Positions 15,413-28,859 of a stretch of DNA of 64,000 bases are shown one piece after another. The notes below the pieces were generated by a model. The model was not told the DNA's origin and did no database searches. It was given only the letters and a program-made list of their open reading frames with translations. This DNA comes from Octopus sinensis. Taxonomy: Eukaryota. The stretch is from the NCBI RefSeq assembly GCF_006345805.1, contig NC_043005.1:90892001-90956000 (forward strand). Direction: 5' to 3'. The stretch's first letter is position 1, and each line of letters starts with the position of its first letter. The position numbers and the translations under genes are program-made.

Positions 15413-15779
15413 TTTATAGAAAAACAAAAGACGAAGACAGGTGTATGAACAACAAGCAAGTGTTTTAGTTTGACACTCAGGAAAAATGAATTAGTCTTTT
15501 ATGTTTCAAGCTTATGCTCTTCAGCAGAAAGGAATAAGAGAAATTAAACAGAGTGAGAATGAAAAAAACTTGTAGATTTCAAAGGTCCAACATGGCAAAT
15601 ATACATATATATATTACTTATTATACTGACCCAATGTTGGACTTTCTTGATAACATGCATTGTAATATCAACCAGTCTTCAATTATTATCAGAAAGAGCT
15701 ATAAAGATAAGACTTAATATATTTACATTCATATCATACAAAGCCTCTTAAAAATACACGTTAATGTGTTTGTGAGTGA

Positions 15780-15818
<39 letters not shown>

Positions 15819-18800
15819 TGTGTGTGTGTATGTGTGTGTATGTATGTGTGTGTAAGTGAAGGCACATGTCTCAGAGGTTAGAGCATCAGGCTTACAGTTT
15901 GAGTTAGTGGGTTTCAATACCTGGACCAGGCTGTGTGTTGTGTTCTTGAGCAAAACACTTTATTTCATGTTACTCCAGTTCACTCAGCTGTAGAAATGAG
16001 TTGCAATGTCACTGGTGCCAATCTGTGTCAGCCTTTGTTCTCCCTTCGATAACATCGGTGGTGTGGAGAGGAGAGGCTGGTATGCATGGGTAGCTGCTAG
16101 TTTTTCATAAACAACTTTGCTCAGACTTATGCCTCAAAGGGGAAATTTCTACATGCAATCCCATGGTCATTCATGACTGAAGGAGGTTCTTTACCTTTTT
16201 ATAGGTACATTCACCACACAACCACACAAATACTCACACATACAGACTCACACACTTATACATTTATATATATGTACTAGAGTTATTTATTTATACAAAC
16301 AGATACATGAATAAATAGATAGTGAGAGAGATACAGAGAGAATGAGAAATATATATATACATCATCTGCTTTCATATTATATGTACAGAGTATTAACACT
16401 TTCCTTTAACATATTGCAGAACCTAATGCAGTGAGTGGTTTATCACACATAGTTAACCAAGGTGATATACATATCTACTGGCAGAAACCAAAAAATTCAA
16501 AAGTAAATTCGTATCAAATCACTGTTACTATTGAGAATCCATATATATATAATTGCACAAATACAACTACAAACATGACTTATTACATAATAAACGACTT
16601 TTTACCAGGTAACTATTTTAGTGACCTTTTCAGTTCTCATTTCCCTTTGTTTGGACATTCCTGAAATCCCTATTAATATTTTCTTTAATAACTAACTTAG
16701 CCTGTTTCTTTTTTATAACCTTTCTTAAGCAGAAATGATAGATCACTTATAGTATTTAATTTGAATTCAAATACTTATTTCTTTATTGTCCAAAAGGGGC
16801 TAAACATAGCGGGGACAAACAAGGACAGACAAAGGTATTAAGTCGATTACATCGACCACCAGTGTGTTCTTAATTTATCGACCCCGAAAGGATGAAAGGC
16901 AAAGTCGACCTTGGCGGAATTTAAACTCAGAACGTAACAGCAGATGAAATACCGCTAAGTATTTCACCTGACGTGCTAACGATTCTGCCAGTTAGCCGCC
17001 TATGCCAGCTCACCACCTATATTTGAATTTGAATTCAAATACTGTTAGGGCTATGTTTGGGGGTCTGTCAACAGTCTGAGAGGTGGTGGGAGGATACATT
17101 GAAATAATTATCAGGCATGTATTTGAGTTAATTGACTATACTTTTCACTCATCTAACCTATAAATTTATCACCCTTTTTTAATGTAAGAAATCATTTATA
17201 TAGCATCAACTGCTATTACTGCATCAATAACTACAAAAGTTTCAGCTTCAGTATTGTTTCTATATAGCAAAAGAATCTAATTGCTTTGTGTGAAATTTAA
17301 CCATTTCCATACCAACCTTCCAGTGAGCATCTCAGGTTCATTGATGAAAAACTAAATTTTTGGGAAGCCCATATTTAGATTAAGATTTTTTATCGTAATT
17401 TTATGCAACAATCTTTTATTTTTCTAAACACTAGCTTCATATCGAATTAAATGTAGTTATTTTGCAAAGTCTTTTGAAACTTTTTGCTATTTTCAAAATT
17501 AATATAAATACATAGACAGTGTGTTTCATTATAAATATGGTGACAAAAGGAATAGAATATTTATGGAATCCTTTAGATGTTCTGACAATGCTTATGGTTG
17601 GGTAGAGACAACGTTTTATTGGCATGATCTTTGAGTACAAAGAAATTTGTTAATGTGTAGTTATCTTGATAACCATTATGTGTATCTAAATCAAATATGG
17701 GGAACTGCTTACCTTCACTGAATTCGAAATCACCAACTAAGAAAGTCTTTAAAACCCATGTGAAAGACTGTCTAACTTTAAGACCTAAACAATAATTTAT
17801 TGTAAGTTACATGCCTATGAATTAGTAACATTAAAGATTCCCTAGTTTTTTCAGCACAAATGGAACTTACACGTTTTATATACTTAAAACTAAAAATTTC
17901 AAGATAAGAGGAATTCTGGATGATTTCTGTCTTTTTAGTAATTTGTCATAGACTGCTTTAATATTGTATAGTAAATACGGGCATAGTATATTTTATATTA
18001 CTTAATATGGTATCAGTCACTTGAATTAAATGGCTGTTGCTTATCTATTATTGTTTAACTAAATAAGACTATAATTTAAAGACTTACCAGATGTGACCAC
18101 ATTATCTAATGTGTATTTCCTTTTTTAAAATAACAGGGTGATGTTTAAGGAATCTTTGACAGCTAATTGTAGAGGCTCTCTTGATTAGCTTGATGATGTT
18201 GCTCACGTATTTGCTGTTGAAAAACAAGTCGTCATTATTCTTATCCTCATTAACAGCAGCATTATCTTCAGTTTCTAATTCATTTTTCACAGATGCAATT
18301 GCTCACTTCAATTTAATTAAATTATAATCAAACTAATCTGTCTGCTTCAAATTTAATATAAAAGCTTTTAATCTGACCCTGGGCAACCACACTTCAAGTT
18401 TCACAATTATACAATACAAAACAATTGCAGCGTGGAAGGTGTTTACAAGCCATGCAGCACAAAGTTTTGTCAGTGAACAGGTCGTGGTCTCAAAGCGACG
18501 AAAATATTTTGACAAATTAAATTTAAATGTTGAAGTGAATCTAACGGTTTTTGTGTGTTTCTTAAATGGGTTATAAACACCTTCCACACTGCAACTGTTT
18601 TCGTTCCAGCACACAATCTCAGATCAGATCACTTGCTATTCAAGTACATCTCCGTAATTATACAATAGTTTATGGACAAAAAAATGGTATTCTTGACAAC
18701 ATATTCCAGAAGCTGATTTGGTCAGACACAGTTTGGGGTTCAAATTCATTTCATGTCTGTTTTGCCTTTCTGTACTTTAAGTTTAATAAAGCATGTAACA

Positions 18801-21800
18801 GCAGTCTATATCTTAGGAAAGAAAACAGTAAAACATCACATAATGTCTAAAATGTTGTCCCAACCTACTTATTAGTCTAACCCTTTCGTTACCAGCCCGG
18901 CTGAAACTGGCTTTAGCTTTGAGTACAAATGTCTTGTTTTCATAAGTTTTGAATTAAAATCTTCCACCAAACCTTAGTCACAATTTATGTTCCTAACACT
19001 AGCCTAATGATAACTAAGCTATTTTACTAAATTCTTTGTTATATTTAAAGCAATTGAAAGAAACACGAAGCTTCTCAATATAAATACAGTAACAAAAGGG
19101 TTAACATTAGTAGATTCATCATTCATGAAATTGCTGCAGATGCTCCACTCAAATCGTTAACCATAGACATCTCAACCTCAAAGTGTCTACACTGTAAGTT
19201 AAAATAACTATAGTAAAGCAATATGCAAAGCGCTGTATTCCAGAAGCCATATAATATGCAATAAGAGCAAATTTTAATATTTCAGAGTAACATTGCACAC
19301 ATTGCACAACTAAATTTTGCAATATCTAGACATCTAGTTATAATTTATGAATTTATTGTTAATAATTTCAATGTAAAATAATATTGGACATTATAAACTT
19401 TGATGTGTGACAGAAAGAGGAACAGGTCCACTGACATGATTCAAGCGATGACTCCATCACTTGCTCAAATATTTTTACCAAATTACACAGAACACCTACT
19501 GGTCTTTGTCTTTAAATTAGGTAATTAAATCAATTTCTTTTTTAATTGCACTGCTTTAGCTTACGATATAATTTAGATGTTAGTGTAGCAGAAGAGGTTA
19601 AATTCCATATATACTCTTTACTCTTTTACTTGTTTCAGTCATTTGACTGTGGCCATACTGGAGCAACACCTTTAGTCGACCAAATCGACCCCAGGACTTA
19701 TTCTATTGGTCTCTTTTGCCAAACCGCTAAGTTACAGGGACGTAAACACACCAGCATCAGTTGTCGAGCGATGTTGGGGAGAACAAACATAGACACTTAA
19801 ACATATACACACACACACAAACACATATATATATATGTACAACAGGCTTCTTTCAGTTTCCATCTACCAAATCCACTCACAAGGCTTTGATCGGCCCGAG
19901 GCTATAGTAGAAGACACTTGCCCAAGCTACCACGCAGTGGGACTGAATCTGGAACCATGTGGTTTGTAAGCAAGCTACTTACCACACAGCCACTCCTACT
20001 TATACACTAATGTCCACCTTGGAATGGTACTTCAGGTTAATTGAAATTACATGGATTTATTGTTTCTGCTTTTTTTTTTATATATACATTCTATTTGTAT
20101 GTCAAACACAATCCTACTTTCTAACATTATCCTACTTTATATCCTACTAACAAAGTAATTCAAATTATATTCTATTAAAATAACAAATGTTCTTCAAACT
20201 TCAAGGTCTTCTGAAGTTTTGTTTTCAAATTCATCATGTATTTATTGAACACTCTTTAACAACACTTTTTCAAGATCCTTGCCTTCTCTAAATCTTCTAT
20301 CAATCTTTGGTCTCTGAAACCTATACTAAACTATACTAAAAGTGTAACAATTTCCATTCCAAATATTAACAATTTTCCTCTAACATTATCAAATATATCT
20401 AACATTATCAAATATAATTATGTGAAATATTGGCAGCACTATTGTAATGGCTCCAATTTCATATAAATATTCCTATTTACTAATCCTGTATTAACCCATC
20501 TTTTTTACTGCTACTGATATTTTTTTAAGACAGCATGGTAAGATTTGAAGATGATTCGGCAGAAGCAGGTCAAGTGACCACGTGGAAGCTCTGAACATGC
20601 AAGGAACAGTTTGTTATTGTAACAAATATAAGCACTGAAATAGCTGCTACATCAATAGTCCATCAGGACATAAAAATCAACAGAACAAAGATATTAAAGC
20701 AGATGAGACTTGCATATGATGGCAGACTATTGCTGGAACTTGGCTCATGAGCTTTCCAAGGTTCAAGTTTCAAGAAAATCATCGAAAAGCAAATTCATGA
20801 GAAATTATGCATAAATGAGAATACGATTTGTCTGTAGAAATATGAAGACTTTTTATTAGTTTTTAAGTAGGATTTTAAGAAAACGTTCTGGTTTTGAAGA
20901 AAAACCAATTTCTATGTATGTTTGTATGATATGCCTAGTTAGCTGTTTTATTGAAATAACAATGATATTCTACAGATCCAGTATCTTACAATCTTAACAA
21001 CATGGTAATAAATGGATGTCATTTTCAGATTCTATGATCAAAAATCCCCTAGTTCAGGTTAAAACTATTTGACAACAAAGAAAATACTTTCTCTTGTTGA
21101 CCTGTGTAATTTTTCAATTGATTTGAGTTGACTCAAGCTACCACTAGCATATTCACACTAGTAAGTCAACATTCCCATGGTCCACAAATACAAGTACAGT
21201 AAATAACAGCAATCTCAAAGATTGAAGTGCTGTTAATGTGGATGTTTCACTGTCTAGGAAGTATTGTTTTTTAATATGTTAAATAAGAATTAATGATATT
21301 AATGACTATAAATAATATTTTATTAGCAACAAATTGAGCTGCTGAGCTGAAATCAAAATCGTGTAAGTGGACATGAAAAAGCTAATGTATGTGTGTGTGT
21401 GTGTGTGTGTTAGATGATATATGTTTTATATAAATAATATATACATCAAACTATGTTCAACTAAATAGCCACATCTGAGTATTGTATTTGCAGATGTGGC
21501 TATTTAGTTGAACATAGAATACACAAAATATAGCAAGTTTCATTGAAAATAAGTTAAATCAAATTGAAGTCCATAAAATATTTAAAAGAATGCTTGGACA
21601 GAAGTATTGATATGGATTAAATGATTATATGTTGATAAAGTGTTTTGAATTCTTAGAATCTTTGCAGTATTCTATGTTTATCATACTACAACATTATTTT
21701 TTCCTCTAAGGTACCAAGTACACAGTTGATGTATTTGCTATTAATTATATTGGAACTAGTACCAAAAGTAGCCTATCTTTTACAACTCCATCTAAAGGTA

Positions 21801-24776
21801 AGTCTATTTTAATCATTTCTATTTTAATATATATTTCAGGCATTTGATATCATCAAATTATTTTAGACTATGTTCTACAGAGCTACAGGTGCTAAATTAT
21901 TGATCAAATGTTATAATTTACATACCTGTAGGTGATGCATTTTAACCTAAATATTCTCTGCTGATACTATCATAAATTTAATACAATGTTCTTTTCTATA
22001 AGTGTGTGTGTGTGTGTGTGTGTGAAATTTATAGAAAAACAAAAGACGAAGACAGGTGTATGAACAACAAGCAAGTGTTTTAGTTTGACGCTCAGGAAAA
22101 ATGAATTAGTCTTTTATGTTTCAAGCTTATGCTCTTCAGCAGAAAGGAATAAGAGAAAATAAACAGAGTGAGAATGAAAAAAACTTGTAGATTTCAAAGG
22201 TCCGACATGGCAAATATATATATATATATTACTTATTATACTGACCCAATGTTGGACTTTCTTGATAACATGCATTGTAATATCAACCAGTCTTCAATTA
22301 TTATCAGAAAGAGCTATAAAGATAAGACTTAATTATATATTTACATTCATATCATACAAAGCCTCTTAAATACACGTTAATGTGTTTGTGTGTGTGTGTG
22401 TGTGTGTGTATACTTACAAATTAATTTTTACTTATTCCACCATGAGATTAATTGCATACAGTTAAGCAGAAATTGATGAGGGCTAGGCATCAAGATGTGG
22501 TGAGTCTTACAATAGAGAAAAATTATAGCAGCATCCATTAGCTTTAGAAAAGATATAGTCATAGAGAACTATAGAGAGAGAGTTCAAGCTAGTAATTCAA
22601 ATTGAGGAAACATCACAATGTGCAAGTGGCTATAATGGTCCTAGAGTGCACTTAAGTGAAGATTTTGTAAAAAATGACAGACTGGAATTGGTAGCTTTTG
22701 GTTCCTAGTTTGTCACACTCTCCAGTGGAAACCTAGAGTACTACAAAAATTTTTATTTTAGCAGAACTTGGGATCTGCTCTGTAAGCATTATTACTCCAT
22801 ACCAGGCTTGTTCAATACTGTCTTGGCAGCCATCTGTTGCAGCTGGCAGCAAACCAGAAGCATGGAGCAGTGACACTGAAGATGAAAGATTCAACAATTG
22901 GTACAAAAAAAAAAAATAATAACTTCAGGCACATAACTCTCCAAAAGTTGAAGACTTTGGTAAAGATGCTAATTAAGAGGCTGTCATTTATCATTGTTGG
23001 TGTTTTCTATGATGCATGAAGTTGTATGCTCTCAAATATTTCTATTCAGGTCAAGTTCCACTTTATGTGATACATTGTAGACTAGGCCAAGAATAGATCT
23101 GATTTTCATGAATAGATCTGATCAATACAGATCAGTATAAAACTTACATAAAAATTGGAAATTTCTACATAACAGCTATCCTTAGAACTGATGGTTTCAG
23201 TCCCAGCTTCAGAAGCTGGATTACATCAATGTACCATGGCGTCTGTTCAGTGCTCAAACTAAATGGCCACTTCTCAGAACTGTTTTGCACCAAATCATAT
23301 TCTGCATATACCGATAGCATTACAATCATGGTTTTGGATGCTTCAGAGATAGTAGTCAACATCATACTGGAGGAGTACCAAGAGTGTACAGGAGTATTCA
23401 TCAACTGGGACAAGTCAGTGGGCTTGCAACTAAGCACCCAAAGAGGATAATGATGCTATTCAATGTCAGTTTCTGTTGCAGGACTCAGTCCAGTAAAATG
23501 AATTGCCATTGGTTAAGATGCTTTGGGTTTGGCTTCGATTGACTCTCCAGATGGATGAGAATTAAAAATAGGAAAGTAGTCAGTCATACACAAAAAGGAG
23601 TTGAGAGGAAGTTGTCTCTGGAATGTTTAAGCAGAAGTTGCTAAGACTTATAACATCTTAATGGATATTGCTGTCTGATTATTAAATCTTGTCCCCAGAA
23701 ACATCTGAGCATATTTTTCAATTTCTTACGATGGGAGAGATAGTAGTAGCAGTGTTTTTTTCTCTTTCTTTATCTCACAACCTCTTTTTCTTTTTTCCAG
23801 TTCCTGGTGTTGTAAACATCACCATCAGTGAAGCAACAGCTTTTAATGTCACTATTTCCTTAAGTCACCCAGAGACTTTTATGGGAGACATCCTTGGGTA
23901 TTTTATTGAGATTTACAAAGGTCAAAAGATGCCAACTGATAAAAAACCACTGAAAATATATCACATAAAATGTTATAACTGTTCACAGGTAAAGACCCAT
24001 GCATTTCAGTCTTACATATTTCTGTATTTCATAAACAATAAGCTTCGGGATGGGGGCTGGTTTAAACTGTTGATCAGTAGTTCAAATTTTGTTCTGTATT
24101 TACCTGACAAAACATGATACTGTACTTTATGGCTGTTGTTTAATCCCTGTGACAGCTCTGATGAAACAGACCTATGATTAACAGTGTTTTATCTGTAATA
24201 AACTCATCTTTTTATTTCTCCAAAACATTTTTGCTTTTAGGATAGCATTGCATTAACAAGGCATCATGGAGGCAAAGTGGCTGAGTTTCTTTTGAGCGTT
24301 GAGCCTCACAGAGGCAAAGTGGCTAAGTTCTCCAAATAGTCCAACCCACTTTGTACCTTGAAGGTCTACTTTGACACCTTTTTATCATTATTTATAACTC
24401 CTATTCTGCTCTGGTACCCTCTTTCATAGTTTACCCGTCTACTTTTTCTCTAAGCATAAAGCTTTCTCTCCCCCACTTGGAGTTTGTAGTCTTGCAAACT
24501 GCTTGATGGCTTCACAAGTGCTGGTGACACAAAAAAGAACTTTGTGAACACTGTAAAGTGGTTGGCATTAGGAAGGGCATTTAGCCATAGAAACCATGCC
24601 AAACAGACACTAGAATATGATGCAGTCATTAGGCCTATCAGTTCCCATCAAGCTACCCAGCCCTTACCAGTATGGATCTAGGATGTAAAACGATGATGAT
24701 TATATAAATGTGTGTGTGTGTGTGTCTATATGTACATACATACATACATACATACATACATACATACATACATACA

Positions 24777-24808
<32 letters not shown>

Positions 24809-25015
24809 AACTAGCAGAATAGCTCGGCATTGCTCGAGTTTGTTTCCTTTTTGACCCTTTAGAATTGAAATATTTGAAAAGTAAAAATTTTGCATTATGT
24901 AGCTTGTTATTCCCTTTAAGTTGACATTTTTCTGGTTGAAATACACTGAAAATGGTGACACAGCAGTCAAAAAATCGTATATGTGTGTATATTCATATAT
25001 TTATATGTATGTATG

Positions 25016-25068
<53 letters not shown>

Positions 25069-25724
25069 GGCAAATGTTTACCAGGTGTAAACCATTTGTT
25101 TTATTATCCAATACATATATATATATATATGTATATATGCACAAACACACACACTTCTATGTGAGGCTGCATATGAATATTCAATTGTTTGATCATTCTA
25201 TAGCTTAAGAAACAGAACGGGTGTAAAAGTATGTATTCTTGTTTTTCTCATTGATAGGCAAATGCTTCCAGACCTGACAGCTGTCCTTGTTCCCAACCAT
25301 GTAATAATATGCAAGAGAAAACTCTCCACAGCTTGGGAGAACACTTTTCTTTGAATTCACTGACTCCAGCTACATCTTACTTAATATCAGCCCAAGCTTA
25401 TACATCTGCTGGTTGTGGTAATATAAGTGAGAAAATCTTCATGACAAATGAAAGTAGTAAGTAGACAGAAGAGATTATGTGGTTAAGACAGTGAGATATG
25501 ACTGAGTGGTTAAGAAAGTAAAGGCCTTGCAGAATGGTTCAGCAGTTTGCATTACAGACATATATAATTCTTAGTTGGATCCCACTACATGACAGTTTGG
25601 GCTTGTATTCTCTACCGTAGCCCTCAGGTTTACCAAAACCTTCGCAAGTGAAATTTGTTACACAGAAACTGTTGGAAGCTGGTCATACACACACACACAA
25701 ACACACACACACACACACGAACAC

Positions 25725-25755
<31 letters not shown>

Positions 25756-27645
25756 TAATTTAGAAGGCTTGGAGGTGATATACAGATATTATATATTAGA
25801 AAAAATAAGGTATTCAGAGATCTGGATGGTTGTACATATACAAATATTTATTAACATGTCACATACTTTTACAAATCACATATAAGAGCTTTCATCTACT
25901 CTAATAGATTCTTCTGATTTAAATTGTGTGAATGGATTTGTTTCTTTTTATAGTATTAGTGAATGGGTTATGGTGGAGAGAAAGAGAGGGGGGAGAGAAG
26001 AGTAATGTGGAGTGTAAAGGGTAGGGAATGAGGGAGAGGAATGGAGAGATAGTGGAGGGAGAAAGTGAGAGAGAGTATGTGTGTTTGTGTGTGTGCATGG
26101 GTGTGTGGGCGTGTGTGCATGTGTGCGTGTGTGTGTGTGTGTGCCTGTGTATCTGAAAGTGTGCAAGAGAGGTGACTGTGCTGGTATGGTCATGTGATAC
26201 ATATGGATGAAGGCAGATATGTATAGAAATGCTGATTTTTTAACTGTGGAAGGAACACGGGGTAAAGGTAGACCTAAGAACATATGGGACGAGGTGGTGA
26301 AGCACGATCTTCAAACTTTGAGCCTCACAGAACTAACGACTAGTGACCAAGACCTTTGGCAATATGTTGTGCTTGAGAGAACCTGTCAAGCCAAGTGCAC
26401 CAGTAACTAGTTCTAATTTTTATGCTTGTTAAAAACTTGCAGTCATTCCCTATGTGTGCCCAGCTAAATGCCTGGAAAAGAATAATCGCTGCCAGAGCTT
26501 GATTTTCCTTTGATGCACTCCTTTGAAAAATCAATTAATTCTGTAAATAAAAGTTTTATCTAAATTATATCATGTTTTTGCCTGTAAGACATTATCATTA
26601 CTATTTTCTTTTTCTTTGTTTGTTTCAGCTCCATCTAAAGTGCAAAATCTTGTTATTAATATAACTGAAACTGAGGCTTATATGGAATGGCAAGAGCCCA
26701 AACATCCTAATGGAAAAATACAGTATTATTTGCTCTATCTCTACCATAATGATTCGCTTAGTGTATTAGGAAATAGCACTGAAAAGAACTTTGTGTTTGA
26801 AAATCTTGAACCATATCAAAATTATACAGTCAGTATCGTTGCCATGAATTCCCTGCCAGGTGAAAAATACACTCGAAAATTCAAGACAAAGATTGGTGGT
26901 AAATTGTTCTATTTTAATAATTCTTTTTATATTTGTAAATGAAATTTGTAAGAGTGATTTGCTGTACTTGATGAGATGCATCAAGCTAAGTAAAAATTGC
27001 TGCCTCTCACACATACAAGCTTGTTTTTTCAGGTGTCAGTGCCACATAAAATGCACCTGTGCCAATACTGCATAAACACACGCATGCCAGTGGCACATAA
27101 AAAGCACCAAGCACACTCTTTTAAGAGATTGGCCTTAGGAAGGGCATCCAGCTGTAGAAACCACACCACAGCAGACAGTTGGAGTCTGGACAGCTCTCTG
27201 CCAACCAGCTCCATGTCAAACCGTCCAACCCATGTCAACATGGAAAACAGACATTAAACAATGATAACGATGATGATGATGAAATGCATCTTCTGGTCAT
27301 TTGATTAGCATATCTTAAAAAGAGCTATGATATGTTTAACCCTTTGGTATTCAGATTACTTCATCAAATGTAATGCTTATTTGTTCGTATTGTTTTGAAG
27401 GCTTTGATATTTTAGTGAAGTGATTATTTATTTTTGAAATGACATTGTGGAGTAGGTGTGAGAGGCCAGATCTAGTCAGCTTGCATGTAAAACGGGCAGA
27501 ATATTTTGGGCTGGATATGGCCAGTTTAAATGCTAATGGATTAATAAGAGAACAAAGAGCTTTTGCCTTGCCAGATGCCTTTTTTGACAGTATATGATAT
27601 TGCATCTGTATAATCTATGTGTGTATACTTACACTTATTAGTGCA

Positions 27646-27717
<72 letters not shown>

Positions 27718-28804
27718 GTATATGCACCAAGATATTAAGACATATTTTCTTTTTCTTTGTTTGTTTCAGCTCCATCTAAAGTGCAAAATCTTGTTATTAA
27801 TATAACTGAAACTGAGGCTTATATGGAATGGCAAGAGCCCAAACATCCTAATGGAAAAATACAGTATTATTTGCTCTATCTCTACCATAATGATTTGCTT
27901 AGTATATTAGGAAATAGCACTGAAAAGAACTTTGTGTTTGAAAATCTTGAACCATATCAACATTATACAGTCAGTATCGTTGCCATGAATTCCCTGACAG
28001 GTGAAAATTGCACTCGAAAATTCAAGACAAAGATTGGTGGTAAATTGTTCTATTTTAATAATTCTTTTTATATTTGTAAATGTAATTTGTAAGAGTGATT
28101 TGCCATACTTGATGAGATGCATCAAGCTAAGTAAAAATTGCTGCTTCTCACACATACAAGCTTGTTTTTTCAGGTGTCAGTGCCACATAAAATGCACCTG
28201 TGCCAATACTGCATACACACACGCATGCCAGTGGCACATAAAAAGCACCAAGCACACTCTTTTAAGAGATTGGCCTTAGGAAGGGCATCCAGCTGTAGAA
28301 ACCACACCACAGCAGACAGTTGGAGTCTGGACAGCTCTCTGCCAACCAGCTCCATGTCAAACCGTCCAACCCATGTCAACATGGAAAACAGACATTAAAC
28401 AATGATAACGATGATGATGATGAAATGCATCTTCTGGTCATTTGATTAGCATATCTTAAAAAGAGCTATGATATGTTTAACCCTTTGGTATTCAGATTAC
28501 TTCATCAAATGTAATGCTTATTTGTTCGTATTGTTTTGAAGGCTTTGATATTTTAGTGAAGTGATTATTTATTTTTGAAATGACATTGTGGAGTAGGTGT
28601 GAGAGGCCAGATCTAGTCAGCTTGCATGTAAAACGGGCAGAATATTTTGGGCTGGATATGGCCAGTTTAAATGCTAATGGATTAATAAGAGAACAAAGAG
28701 CTTTTGCCTTGCCAGATGCCTTTTTTGACAGTATATGATATTGCATCTGTATAATCTATGTGTGTATACTTACACTTATTAGTGCAAGTGTGAGTGTGTG
28801 TGTG

Positions 28805-28859
<55 letters not shown>

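Noticed and set aside
15485-15535. Hammerhead-like cttt-CTGCTGA-agagc..gctt-GAAAC on the minus strand in the 15.4/22.0/53.5/63.3 kb family
   Set aside because: Core position A6 is substituted in every copy and helix III is variably mutated; possibly ancestral ribozymes, but too degenerate to call.
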